Origin: an uncultured Bacteroidota bacterium
GTDB lineage: Bacteria > Bacteroidota > Bacteroidia > Flavobacteriales > Flavobacteriaceae
Assembly (NCBI GenBank): GCA_902516925.1
Contig: CABYAF010000003.1
Span: forward strand, 14,423 to 78,422
Direction of reading: 5' to 3'
Length of the DNA: 64,000 nucleotides
The notes under the pieces were generated by a model. It did not search any database. It was not told the DNA's origin and saw only the letters and a list, made by a program, of their open reading frames with translations. Made by a program: the position numbers and the translations under genes. Positions 10,412 to 20,315 of this stretch are shown one piece after another (positions within the stretch are counted from its first letter, which is position 1; each line of letters starts with the position of its first letter).

Positions 10412-11158
10412 ATGAGAATTCATCTAATTTTTAAAATTTTTTTTCTATTAATTTTTATAAATGGTTGTACATCGAATAATAATTATAATGATGAGAATTT
10501 AAATATTGATACAGATGATTTTAGTGATTCTTTGATTGTAGAGGATAATCTTAATAATCAACGTGTAAGCCCATACAGTTTTATAGCTCTTGGAGATAGC
10601 TACACAATTGGGGAGGGGGTAAATGAGGATGAAAGATGGCCTAATCAATTTGTTGATGTTGCCTATGAAAATGGTGTTGATTTTGATCAACCTATGATTA
10701 TTGCAGAAACGGGATGGAAGACATATGACTTACTTAATGCAATAAACCAAACAAACTTTACTAAAAAATATGATTATATCTCACTTTTAATTGGAGTTAA
10801 CAACCAATTTAATTCTAGACCTATAGATGAATTTGAGGAAGACCTAAATAAGTTAATGGATGAGATGAAAAGAATAAAGAAAAATGATGGAAACATAATT
10901 ATAATTTCTATACCAGATTGGGGTTATACGCCCTTCGGTCAATCTAATGACATGAGTGATATATCAGAAAAAATTAATTTATTTAATAGTAGTTTAAGAA
11001 AATTTGCAAGTACAAATGATTTAAAATATGTTGATGTTACTGAGATTTCTAGAAGAGCAATTAATGAACCTAATCTAATTACAAACGATAATTTACATCC
11101 AAGTGGAATAATGTATTTAGAATGGGCTAAGAAAATTTATAATATTTGGATAGATTAA
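10412..11158 (+). CDS. SGNH/GDSL-family hydrolase lipoprotein
   Basis: Lipobox FINGC. Block I ALGDSYTIGEG, block III GVNN, block V DNLHPS. Confidence 0.75.
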   Translation: MRIHLIFKIFFLLIFINGCTSNNNYNDENLNIDTDDFSDSLIVEDNLNNQRVSPYSFIALGDSYTIGEGVNEDERWPNQFVDVAYENGVDFDQPMIIAETGWKTYDLLNAINQTNFTKKYDYISLLIGVNNQFNSRPIDEFEEDLNKLMDEMKRIKKNDGNIIIISIPDWGYTPFGQSNDMSDISEKINLFNSSLRKFASTNDLKYVDVTEISRRAINEPNLITNDNLHPSGIMYLEWAKKIYNIWID

Positions 11159-12414
11159 AAGAAATAGCAAAAAATCTTGACTCTAAAGATGAACTCTCAA
11201 TATATAGAGACAAGTTCATTTTGCCTAAAAACCAAATATATCTTGATGGAAATTCACTTGGGGTGCTAGCAAAGGATTTACTAGATAATGTTAACTATAC
11301 TATTAAAGAAGAATGGGGAAATAATCTAATCTCTAGCTGGAATAAGAGTTGGATACAGCTTCCTAGAATCATTTCAAGAAAAATAGCCTATATTATCAAA
11401 TCTAATGAGGATGAGGTTTATGTTGGTAGTTCTACTTCAATAAATCTTTTTAAGCTTTTAAAGAGCATTTTAGAGGCAAATAGAGATATAAAAAATATTA
11501 CAACTGACAGTCTAAACTTTCCTTCTGACAAATATATTTGTGAAGTAATTGCAAAAGACTTTAAAATTGACTTTAAATTTCTAGATTACGGCAATGATTT
11601 AAAGCCAGATATTGGAAAACTAAAAGAATATATATTAGAAAGAAAAGGGATAGTAGTTTTATCTCATGTATCATTCAAAAGTTCATTTAGATATTCCGTT
11701 GAAGATATAAGTAAATTCTGTAAGGATAATAATATCATTGTTATATGGGATTTAAGTCATTCTGTTGGTGCAATTGATATTGACATGAGATCAAATGGGA
11801 TAGACTATGCTGTAGGTTGTACATACAAATATTTAAATGGAGGTCCTGGTTCTCCAGCATTTATTTACGTTAGAGAATCCAAACTTAGAAAGTTGAAATC
11901 ACCTATTAAGGGATGGTTTAGCCATAATAAACCTTTTGAATATTCAAATGAATATATTGAGTCTAATTCTATAGAAAAATTTTCAAATGGAACACCTCAT
12001 ATACTTTCTTTATCAACACTCAAAACTTCTCTAGATATCACAATTGATGCAACTACAGAAAAGTTAGGTATTAAATCGGCAGATCTGTTTGATTTTTTCC
12101 TATCGATATATAATGATGAATTAAAAAAGTTAGATTTTGAATTACTATCACCATTAGAAAAAGACAGAAGAGGTTCGCATATTTCAATAAGTCATAAAGA
12201 AGCATGGAGAATATCAAAATGTCTAATTGACCCAATTGACAAAGCGGAATTAAGCATAATCGTAGACTTTAGACCCAAGAATATAATCCGCATAGCATTA
12301 ACTCCATTATATACTTCCTTTGAAGATATATATGCTGTATGTGAAAGAATTATCAAAATAATTAAAGAAAGAGAATACAGCCAAAAGGATAACTCAATGG
12401 GGGGAGTAACATAA
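11146..12414 (+). CDS. kynU: Kynureninase
   Basis: TTG start overlapping the upstream stop. Motifs IYLDGNSLG, WDLSHSVGA, GCTYKYLNGGPGSPAF. About 422 aa. Confidence 0.8.
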   Translation: MDRLKEIAKNLDSKDELSIYRDKFILPKNQIYLDGNSLGVLAKDLLDNVNYTIKEEWGNNLISSWNKSWIQLPRIISRKIAYIIKSNEDEVYVGSSTSINLFKLLKSILEANRDIKNITTDSLNFPSDKYICEVIAKDFKIDFKFLDYGNDLKPDIGKLKEYILERKGIVVLSHVSFKSSFRYSVEDISKFCKDNNIIVIWDLSHSVGAIDIDMRSNGIDYAVGCTYKYLNGGPGSPAFIYVRESKLRKLKSPIKGWFSHNKPFEYSNEYIESNSIEKFSNGTPHILSLSTLKTSLDITIDATTEKLGIKSADLFDFFLSIYNDELKKLDFELLSPLEKDRRGSHISISHKEAWRISKCLIDPIDKAELSIIVDFRPKNIIRIALTPLYTSFEDIYAVCERIIKIIKEREYSQKDNSMGGVT

Positions 12415-12427
12415 AGCTTGCAATAAT

Positions 12428-12880
12428 TTAACCAATTAATTTTTTCTTAACAATTTCTGCAATAACTCTACCCTCAGCTTGACCAGAGACTCTTTCATTT
12501 ACTTTAGAAATTACATTACCCATGTCTTTCATTGATTCGGCACCAACTTCTTCAATAACTTTATCAATCATTTCTGATAATTCAGATTCACTTAACGGAG
12601 TTGGTAAAAATTCAGAAATTATATTTGCCTGAGATGTTTCTACATCCGCTAATTCCTTTCTGTTTTGTTCTAAGTATATTTTTGCACTATCATTCCTTTG
12701 CTTTACCATTTTTTGTAAAATTTTAAGAACGACTGACTCTTCAATCTGATCTTTTGATCCAGATTTAGTTTTTTCGATAATTATTGCAGACTTTATTGCT
12801 CGAAGAGAATCAAGTCTAAGTCTATTTTTTTCTTTCATTGAGTCCTTTATAGACTCGTTAATTTTTTCTTCTATTTTCAT
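12428..12880 (-). CDS. GatB/YqeY domain protein
   Basis: 150 aa with the YqeY-like pattern (I..S.K.SMKEK...RLDSLRAIKSA ... ISEFLP). Begins 3 nt downstream of ftsZ. Confidence 0.75.
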   Translation of the reverse strand: MKIEEKINESIKDSMKEKNRLRLDSLRAIKSAIIIEKTKSGSKDQIEESVVLKILQKMVKQRNDSAKIYLEQNRKELADVETSQANIISEFLPTPLSESELSEMIDKVIEEVGAESMKDMGNVISKVNERVSGQAEGRVIAEIVKKKLIG

Positions 12881-12883
12881 AAA

Positions 12884-14767
12884 TTAATCAACGTTATCGT
12901 GAAGATATGTATTTACATCAGGAAATTCCAGCTTATTTTCCTCATTTAAAACAGTTTTTGAATAAATATCCTCGCCATTAGATTCTGAATTGTCAATTTC
13001 AATTCCCATTCTCTTATAAGCAGGTATTTTCTCTAAATCCTCTATCGATGAACTATTATTTTTAAATATGTAATTATATTTTTTTAAGTTTTGTTTTCGA
13101 ATAACATTTTCATTATTATCATCAAGAGTTATAGGTTGTTCAAATATATTATGGTTTTCTTCAATTCTATCTATATCAATATTATCTGAGTCGTTCAATT
13201 TTTCATCTACTTTATCATTTTCTATAATCTCTAATTCATTCTCAATATCTTGATTAAGATCTAATTTTATATACTCGATATTTGATTCACTAGTATTAAA
13301 ACTGTCTGATGATAAATCTGTTTCAATTGCTTCATGATTCTCATCATTGGGATTAACATTTAAAGAAAGCTCCTCACTTCTATTATCTTCAAAATTATGA
13401 TTTGAGAAAAGACCAAATGAAATTTCAGATGTCTCTTCATTTATCTCAAAAGATTGTTCATTATCTGGAATTACATATTCAATATCATTTAATTCAATGT
13501 CATTTAATTCAATGTCACTTGTATTTGTCTCATCAGTATCGATTAAATCAAGATCTGGATCTAAAACTTCATAACTTATATCAATATTTCTTAAAATTTC
13601 ATTTATCTCACTATCAATCTTCTTTTGATTAGAATCTTTATCTAATATTTCATGATTTTTATTTATTTCATTTTTCTCTTCAGATACAGTTATTTTCTCC
13701 TCTAATATTTTTTGTTCAAAAGGGTGATCTTGATCTAAAGAATAAATTACTCTTTTTGTTTCTGAACTAACTAGACTGTTTTGTTTGTCATCCCCAAATC
13801 CAGTTGCAATAACTGTAACAGAGATTTTATTTCCTAAGTCAATATCTTCTCCTACTCCCATAATTATGTTTGCACTATTACCTGTTTCATTTTGTATATA
13901 TTCATTAATTTCTCCAATTTCATCTATGGTAATTTCTTCAGCTCCAGAAACAATTAATAAGAGCACATTTTTACTTCCTTCAATTTTATTATCATTTAGA
14001 AGAGGAGAGTCTAATGCTCTTATAACTGCTTCATTAGCTCTATTAGATCCACTAGCAGTTGAAGACCCCATTATAGCTGTTCCACTATTTGATAACACAG
14101 TTTTTGCATCTTTTAAATCTATATTTTGTGTATAGTGATGTGTAATTACTTGTGCAACACCCTTTGCCGCAGTTGCCAAAACTTCATCAGCCTTAGAGAA
14201 TCCTTCTTTGAAACCAAGATTACCATAGACCTCTCTTAATTTATTATTATTAATAATAATTAATGAATCAACTGATCTTTTTAGTTTTTCAAGACCCTTG
14301 ACAGCTTGTGATTCTCTATTTTTTCCCTCAAAACTAAATGGGATTGTTACGATGCCAACAGTTAGAATGTCAAATTCTTTAGCCATCTCTGCAATAATAG
14401 GCGCAGCACCCGTTCCTGTTCCACCACCCATACCAGCAGTAATAAATAGCATTTTAGTTTGAGTCTCTAGTAAATTTTTTAACTCTTCATAACTCTCTAA
14501 TGCTGCTAACTTTCCAATTTCAGGATTTGCTCCTGCGCCTAGTCCTTCCGTTAGACTCGCTCCAAGTTGGATCTTATTTGGTACAGGACTTTCTTCTAAA
14601 GCTTGAGAGTCAGTATTACAAACAACGAAATCAACCCCTTTTATTCCCTGTTTATACATATAATTTACAGCATTACTTCCACCCCCTCCTATTCCCATAA
14701 CCTTCATTACATTACTTCTATTTTTTGGTAAATCGAAACTAAAATTTGAATCTATTTCTGTTTTCAT
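12884..14767 (-). CDS. ftsZ: Cell division GTPase FtsZ with long acidic C-terminal tail
   Basis: Tubulin signature GGGTGTGAAP and NAVNYM. The core ends near VIATGFGDD. It is followed by a D/E/N/I-rich tail of about 300 aa, a conserved peptide IPAYKRMGI, and the terminal sequence YLHDNVD. Confidence 0.95.
   Translation of the reverse strand: MKTEIDSNFSFDLPKNRSNVMKVMGIGGGGSNAVNYMYKQGIKGVDFVVCNTDSQALEESPVPNKIQLGASLTEGLGAGANPEIGKLAALESYEELKNLLETQTKMLFITAGMGGGTGTGAAPIIAEMAKEFDILTVGIVTIPFSFEGKNRESQAVKGLEKLKRSVDSLIIINNNKLREVYGNLGFKEGFSKADEVLATAAKGVAQVITHHYTQNIDLKDAKTVLSNSGTAIMGSSTASGSNRANEAVIRALDSPLLNDNKIEGSKNVLLLIVSGAEEITIDEIGEINEYIQNETGNSANIIMGVGEDIDLGNKISVTVIATGFGDDKQNSLVSSETKRVIYSLDQDHPFEQKILEEKITVSEEKNEINKNHEILDKDSNQKKIDSEINEILRNIDISYEVLDPDLDLIDTDETNTSDIELNDIELNDIEYVIPDNEQSFEINEETSEISFGLFSNHNFEDNRSEELSLNVNPNDENHEAIETDLSSDSFNTSESNIEYIKLDLNQDIENELEIIENDKVDEKLNDSDNIDIDRIEENHNIFEQPITLDDNNENVIRKQNLKKYNYIFKNNSSSIEDLEKIPAYKRMGIEIDNSESNGEDIYSKTVLNEENKLEFPDVNTYLHDNVD
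13486..13515 (-). repeat. 15-bp tandem duplication inside the ftsZ tail (encodes DIELN DIELN)
   Basis: catttaattcaatgt occurs twice back to back (13486-13500 and 13501-13515), with a degenerate third copy just upstream. Confidence 0.8.
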
Positions 14768-14784
14768 TTTTTTTGAATTTTATA

Positions 14785-16068
14785 TTAATTATCAATTGTA
14801 TCTACGTTATCTATAAATTTTTTAAATCCTTCTCCCCATTTGGTAAGAATTGTCTTTCTTTCATGGTTTACTAAATCCTTTTCAGATGTATTCATGTTGT
14901 TTATCTGTTGATCTGAATCTTTCTCTATTGCCTTCATTAATAATCCTACAGCTGTTGAATATATTGGATTATAATCATTTGAATCTCCAGCTAAATGCTC
15001 ACCTGGAAAACCAATCCTTGTATCCATACCCGTAACATATTCTGTAAGTTGTTTTAAATGTCTCAATTGACTTCCACCTCCAGTTAATACAATACCAGCA
15101 ATAAGTTTCTTTTTAGAATCCTCATGACCATAATTCTTAATTTCTAAGTAAGCTTGCTCAATAATTTCTACAATTCTTGCATTAATAATTTTGGATAGTG
15201 TTTTTAAAGAAATCTCTTTAGGGTCTCTACCTCTTAGTCCAGGTATTGAAACTATGTCAGAGTCTTTATTTTCTCCTGGCCAAGCTGAACCAAATTTAAT
15301 TTTTAATTGTTCTGCTTGATTGCCAATAATTGAACATCCTTCTTTAATATCCTCTGTAATTACATTTCCTCCAAATGGAATAACAGCAGTATGCTTTATA
15401 ATCCCATCTTTAAAAATAGCTACATCAGTAGTTCCTCCACCAATATCAATTAATGCAACTCCAGCTTCTTTTTCTTCTTCAGAGAGAACAGCATCAGATG
15501 ATGCTAATGGTTCAAGAGTAATATCTCCCATTTTTAATCCAGAGCTTTTTATACATTTTCCAATATTCCTTATAGATGAAACTTGACCAACTACTATATG
15601 AAAATTAGCTTCAAGCCTGCTTCCATACATACCTATAGGCTCTTTTATTTCAGATTGACCATCAACTTTAAAATCCTGAGGTAAAACATGGATAATCTCC
15701 TCACCCGGAAGCATCACAAGCTTATAAACTTGGTCAATTAATTTATCAATATCATCTTCATTTATAACCTCATCAGGATTTTCTCTAGTTATATAATCAC
15801 TATGTTGAAGGCTTCTAATATGCTGTCCTGCTATCCCAACTGCAACCTCTAAGATTTCAATATTAGATTTATTTTGGGCCTCATCAACTGCTATCTTAAT
15901 TGACTGTATAGTTTGGGTAATATTGTTTACAACTCCTCTATGGACTCCTAGACTCTGAGATTTACCAACACCAAGGACTTTAACTTTATTGAACTGATTT
16001 TTTTCACCAACCATAGCAACAATCTTTGTTGTTCCAATATCTAATCCAACTGAATATTTTTTATCCAT
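14785..16068 (-). CDS. ftsA: Cell division protein FtsA
   Basis: Actin-fold motifs VGLDIGTTKIVAMVGE and ALIDIGGGTTDVAIF. Lies between ftsQ and ftsZ. Confidence 0.9.
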   Translation of the reverse strand: MDKKYSVGLDIGTTKIVAMVGEKNQFNKVKVLGVGKSQSLGVHRGVVNNITQTIQSIKIAVDEAQNKSNIEILEVAVGIAGQHIRSLQHSDYITRENPDEVINEDDIDKLIDQVYKLVMLPGEEIIHVLPQDFKVDGQSEIKEPIGMYGSRLEANFHIVVGQVSSIRNIGKCIKSSGLKMGDITLEPLASSDAVLSEEEKEAGVALIDIGGGTTDVAIFKDGIIKHTAVIPFGGNVITEDIKEGCSIIGNQAEQLKIKFGSAWPGENKDSDIVSIPGLRGRDPKEISLKTLSKIINARIVEIIEQAYLEIKNYGHEDSKKKLIAGIVLTGGGSQLRHLKQLTEYVTGMDTRIGFPGEHLAGDSNDYNPIYSTAVGLLMKAIEKDSDQQINNMNTSEKDLVNHERKTILTKWGEGFKKFIDNVDTIDN

Positions 16069-16072
16069 AATA

Positions 16073-16771
16073 TTATTTTTTAATTCCTACTAAACGATCA
16101 TTGTATAATAGATCTAGTTGCTTATATTTTATTTGATTTATATTTTTTGATTGATATGCATAAAAACCTTTTAACATTTTTAACTTATAAATTATTTGAT
16201 TTTGATTTCCTAGGTTTACGTCCAATTCCAAATTTTTTATTCTTACATATAGATGGTCATTCTTATACCAAATTTCTTTTAATTTATTTTCAAAGAACTT
16301 ATCTTTTTTAAAAGCTGAAATAACATTTATAATTTTTAAAATTTGGTGTTCAGATATATTTCCATTAATCCTAGGAAGCGAATCATTTTTATATTGCTCT
16401 TTTTCAAAAACTTTACCATTGATGTCAATAAGACTATTTAAATCTTTTAAATACGCAATAGGAGTTCTGTCAATTAATTTTATTCCGAGTTCATTTTTAT
16501 CGTTAAAATAAATATCAATATTCTCAATTGATTTTATCTCCTTTAATTTATTCTCAACTTTTACAAACTCATTATCCTTAATCAATTTTTGAAACTGTTT
16601 TTCACTTATTAAACTTTTGACAATTTCTTTATTGTCAATAAATCCATTAGATCTATATAATATATTATTAGTCTTTAAATCATAACTTTTTTCAGAATAT
16701 TTAAATGAACTAATTAATCCCATGAGAATAAGCGATGATAATAACCCTAACATTATAATTAATCTATACAT
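16073..16771 (-). CDS. ftsQ: Cell division protein FtsQ-like (single N-terminal TM, POTRA-like)
   Basis: Position between murC and ftsA. N-terminal TM segment MYRLIIMLGLLSSLILMGL. I place the start at Met17 of the tracked ORF (ATG 16769-16771), giving an 8-nt overlap with murC. Sequence conservation is weak. Confidence 0.6.
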   Translation of the reverse strand: MYRLIIMLGLLSSLILMGLISSFKYSEKSYDLKTNNILYRSNGFIDNKEIVKSLISEKQFQKLIKDNEFVKVENKLKEIKSIENIDIYFNDKNELGIKLIDRTPIAYLKDLNSLIDINGKVFEKEQYKNDSLPRINGNISEHQILKIINVISAFKKDKFFENKLKEIWYKNDHLYVRIKNLELDVNLGNQNQIIYKLKMLKGFYAYQSKNINQIKYKQLDLLYNDRLVGIKK

Positions 16772-18095
16772 TTTGAAATATTTCTTTATTAAGATTCTCT
16801 GATATATTCCCAGCACCAAGAATAGAAATAACCTCTATTTTGGTATTAAGCACTATATCATCAATTGATTTGCTATCTATTATTTCCTTCTTTGAACAAT
16901 TAATTTTTTCTAATAAAATTTGTGAACTAACTCCAATTATAGGCTTTTCTCTAGCAGCATAAATATCTAAAAGATATACCTCATCAAATTTTGATAAAAC
17001 AATTGCAAACTCATCCATAAAGTCCCTTGTTCTAGAAAAAAGATGAGGTTGAAATACAACTGCTGTTGATTTATTCTTAAAATTAGTTTTAATGGTATTA
17101 AGTACTGATTCAATTTCAGTTGGATGATGGGCATAGTCATCAATAACAACTTTATTGTCTAGTTTATAAATATCCATTCTTCTTTCAATTCCGTTAAAAG
17201 TTGAAAGAAATGGTAATAATTTTTGAATATCAATTTCCTGTATTTGATCAATTATTGATAGTGCCGCTAATGTATTCTTAAGATTATGAAGACCTATAAT
17301 GTTTGCAGAAATATCAGAGTAAAATTTATTAGGAGTTTTAAGATCAAATCTGATTCCATTCTCTAAAATCTTAATATTGTTTGCATAATAATCAGAATCA
17401 CTCTTTATTGAAAAAGAAAAATCCTTATCCATATCTATTTCAGCATCTGTAATTAATACATCTTTTACATTATTTGCAAATGACTTAAAACTTTTAGTTA
17501 AAGATTTAAAGTCTCCATAAACATCAAGATGATCATTTTCAATTGAAGTAATAGCAGCGTAATTAGGATTAAGATTTAAGAATGATCTATCATATTCATC
17601 TGCCTCAACAATTATGTAATCATTACCTGTATTAATATAGTTTGAATCAAAGCATTTCATAATCCCACCAATAAAAGCTTTAAAGTGTATTCCTGATGAA
17701 TAGAATAAGTGGCTAATTATTGCAGTAGTAGTTGTTTTTCCATGAGTTCCAGCTACAGCAATACATTTAGATTGTTTTGATATTTCACCAAGAATCTCAG
17801 ATCTTTTATATATTGGATTATTACCATTCGATCTATAATATTTTAAAAATATATTATCATCTGGTATAGCTGGAGTATAGATTACAGTTACATCCTCCCT
17901 TTTCATATAATCTGGAATACTTTTAAGGCTCAAATTATTAATTACCTCTATACCATTTTTTACAAGAATTTTAACTGATTTATTTCTTGATGCATCATAA
18001 CCAAGAATAGTATTCCCTTTTTCTTTTAAGTATTGAGCGATTGAAGACATTCCAATACCACCAATTCCAATAAAAAAATACTTTTTATTAGTCAT
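16764..18095 (-). CDS. murC: UDP-N-acetylmuramate--L-alanine ligase
   Basis: Motifs FIGIGGIGMSSIA and AGTHGKTTTTA. Mur ligase domains and dcw position. Confidence 0.9.
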   Translation of the reverse strand: MTNKKYFFIGIGGIGMSSIAQYLKEKGNTILGYDASRNKSVKILVKNGIEVINNLSLKSIPDYMKREDVTVIYTPAIPDDNIFLKYYRSNGNNPIYKRSEILGEISKQSKCIAVAGTHGKTTTTAIISHLFYSSGIHFKAFIGGIMKCFDSNYINTGNDYIIVEADEYDRSFLNLNPNYAAITSIENDHLDVYGDFKSLTKSFKSFANNVKDVLITDAEIDMDKDFSFSIKSDSDYYANNIKILENGIRFDLKTPNKFYSDISANIIGLHNLKNTLAALSIIDQIQEIDIQKLLPFLSTFNGIERRMDIYKLDNKVVIDDYAHHPTEIESVLNTIKTNFKNKSTAVVFQPHLFSRTRDFMDEFAIVLSKFDEVYLLDIYAAREKPIIGVSSQILLEKINCSKKEIIDSKSIDDIVLNTKIEVISILGAGNISENLNKEIFQNV

Positions 18096-19179
18096 TTTTT
18101 AGATGTTTTTTTATTAAGTCCACTATATCATATGATGCATTTGGCATAGCTATTTGCGACATATTATATGATAGTTCATCCCTTAAATTATCATCATTTA
18201 AAAGAAGGTCAAGCTTATTTTTAAATATTAAGTCAAGATCTTTCTCCTCAATACATATACATGCATCTTTTTCTTCAATACTCTTAGCATTTTTTAGTTG
18301 ATGATCTTCAGCAACATTTGGAGATGGTATTAAGATAGAGGGTTTTGAAACTATTGCTAATTCTGAGAGTGTTAAAGCTCCACTTCGGGCTATTATTATA
18401 TCTGATGTAAAATAAATTGAGTCGATATCATCAAAAAAGTCTGTGACAAATATCTTGTCAGAATTATAGCTTTTATAGTCATTATAGTAAATCTTTCCAC
18501 ATTGCCATATGATGAAAATATTCTTAGAAATTAAGAATTCTATATTTTCTTTAATTGTTTTGTTTATTTTATCTGAACCTAAACTTCCACCTAAAACAGC
18601 TATTACTGTCATACTATCTTTAATATTTAGTTTTTTTCTTTGATTAACTAAATTTTTATTTGATCTAATGGATTCCCTAATTGGATTCCCTGTTTTGTAT
18701 ATTTTTTTTGAAGGAAAATATTTTTCCATCTTATCATAAGCAACAGATATGTAATTAGCGTATTTAGATAAGAGTCTATTAGATATTCCTGGGAATGAAT
18801 TCTGCTCTTGAATTAATGTTGGGATTCTAAATATTGAAGATATAAAGACAATAGGAAAGCTTGCAAATCCTCCTGTCCCTACCACAAAGTTTGGTCTAAA
18901 ACTTAAAATTATGATAATAGACTGAACAAAACTAATTATAAGTTTAAAAGGAAGTAAAACATTCTTTAAAGATAATGACCTTTGTAATCCACTAATTAAA
19001 AGTCCATGAATTCTATATCCATATTTTGGAACAATATCCATTTCCATTTTACCCTTAGCTCCAATAAACTTTATTTGGGGATTATCAAAAGATTTGTTTA
19101 TTTCATTTGCAATAGATAATGCAGGGTAAATATGACCACCTGTTCCTCCCCCTGATATTATAAATCTATTTCTTCTCAT
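18088..19179 (-). CDS. murG: UDP-GlcNAc:lipid I N-acetylglucosaminyltransferase
   Basis: N-terminal SGGGTGGHIYPALS. GT28 architecture and dcw position. Confidence 0.9.
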   Translation of the reverse strand: MRRNRFIISGGGTGGHIYPALSIANEINKSFDNPQIKFIGAKGKMEMDIVPKYGYRIHGLLISGLQRSLSLKNVLLPFKLIISFVQSIIIILSFRPNFVVGTGGFASFPIVFISSIFRIPTLIQEQNSFPGISNRLLSKYANYISVAYDKMEKYFPSKKIYKTGNPIRESIRSNKNLVNQRKKLNIKDSMTVIAVLGGSLGSDKINKTIKENIEFLISKNIFIIWQCGKIYYNDYKSYNSDKIFVTDFFDDIDSIYFTSDIIIARSGALTLSELAIVSKPSILIPSPNVAEDHQLKNAKSIEEKDACICIEEKDLDLIFKNKLDLLLNDDNLRDELSYNMSQIAMPNASYDIVDLIKKHLKND

Positions 19180-20315
19180 TTTTTATTTTTGATTGAAGAG
19201 CTTACACTAAGAATCATACCCAATGATATACAAGTCATCCAAGCAGAGGATCCGCCGCTACTTATTAATGGTAAATTCTGTCCAGTTACAGGGATTATCT
19301 GTGTTGCTACTGAAATATTAGTAAATGCTTGAATTATTATAAAAATTCCTAAACCAGAAACTAATATTTTTCCAAACTTATCCTCTGCCTTATGAGTAAT
19401 AACTAGAATTCTAAAAAACATTAATGTATAAAGTATAATTATCAATGATCCACCAGCTATACCATATTCCTCTACAATTATTGCAAAAATGAAATCAGAA
19501 TTACTCTGGGGTAAATGATTTTTCATTATACTTTTTCCAGCTCCAACTCCAATTAAACCTCCATTATTTATAGCTATTTTAGCTCTTTGAATTTGATAGC
19601 TTGCATCTAAATTATCATTTGAATTGAAGTTTTCAACTCTGCTAATCCAAGTATCTATTCTATTTGGGAATTGATCTGGATATGTCTTTGCTAGAAAGAA
19701 AAAAATTGTTGAAAGAAACCCTAATATCAAAAACATTTTTAATAAATGAGTTATTGGAAACCCTGAAATAAACAGTATTAAAATCAGTGAACTAAATATT
19801 AAAACAGCAGAGGATAGATTAGATGGAAGTATTAGGAAAATATATGCAAAGATTGGTAACCAAAGAGGGATAATCGTCTCTTTAAACTTTGTCTTTGATA
19901 AATTAATTTTTGATAAATATCGAGCTGTATAAGTAATTAATATAATAGCTGCTAAAGAGGAAGTTTGAAAACTTATTCCTACAAGTGGGATGTCAATCCA
20001 TCTACTTGCTGCAGAACCGCTAATTGTCGTTCCCTGGCTTAATGTATAGATTAATAATAATAATCCTATGGGTAAGAGAATTATTGACATTCCTCTAAAA
20101 ATTTTATAAGGCACTAACTTTATAGACATCATCAGTAAAAGACCAAATAATATTACAATAAAATGTTTAACTAAATAGAAAATTGGAGAAGACCCATCTA
20201 TAACATATGAAAGATATGAGCTAGAAGAAAAAACTGGGAAAAAAGAAAAAAGTGATAGCAATAGAATTATTACTAACAAAACTTTATCCCCAAATATTAA
20301 ACTCTTTGTACTCAT
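19176..20315 (-). CDS. ftsW: FtsW/RodA/SpoVE-family peptidoglycan polymerase
   Basis: Polytopic membrane protein with the SEDS motifs PQSNSDFIFA and NLPLISSGGSS. dcw position. Confidence 0.85.
   Translation of the reverse strand: MSTKSLIFGDKVLLVIILLLSLFSFFPVFSSSSYLSYVIDGSSPIFYLVKHFIVILFGLLLMMSIKLVPYKIFRGMSIILLPIGLLLLIYTLSQGTTISGSAASRWIDIPLVGISFQTSSLAAIILITYTARYLSKINLSKTKFKETIIPLWLPIFAYIFLILPSNLSSAVLIFSSLILILFISGFPITHLLKMFLILGFLSTIFFFLAKTYPDQFPNRIDTWISRVENFNSNDNLDASYQIQRAKIAINNGGLIGVGAGKSIMKNHLPQSNSDFIFAIIVEEYGIAGGSLIIILYTLMFFRILVITHKAEDKFGKILVSGLGIFIIIQAFTNISVATQIIPVTGQNLPLISSGGSSAWMTCISLGMILSVSSSIKNKK

Noticed and set aside
13785-14135. 116-aa plus-strand ORF, and similar ORFs at 1393-1728, 23865-24158, 34252-34653, 46128-46424, 29347-29643 and 61402-61683
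   Set aside because: All lie antisense within strongly recognisable genes (ftsZ, trmH-like, murE, queA, SDR, gldC, tatA). They have low-complexity, hydrophobic shadow-frame composition typical of AT-rich genomes and have no independent signals.
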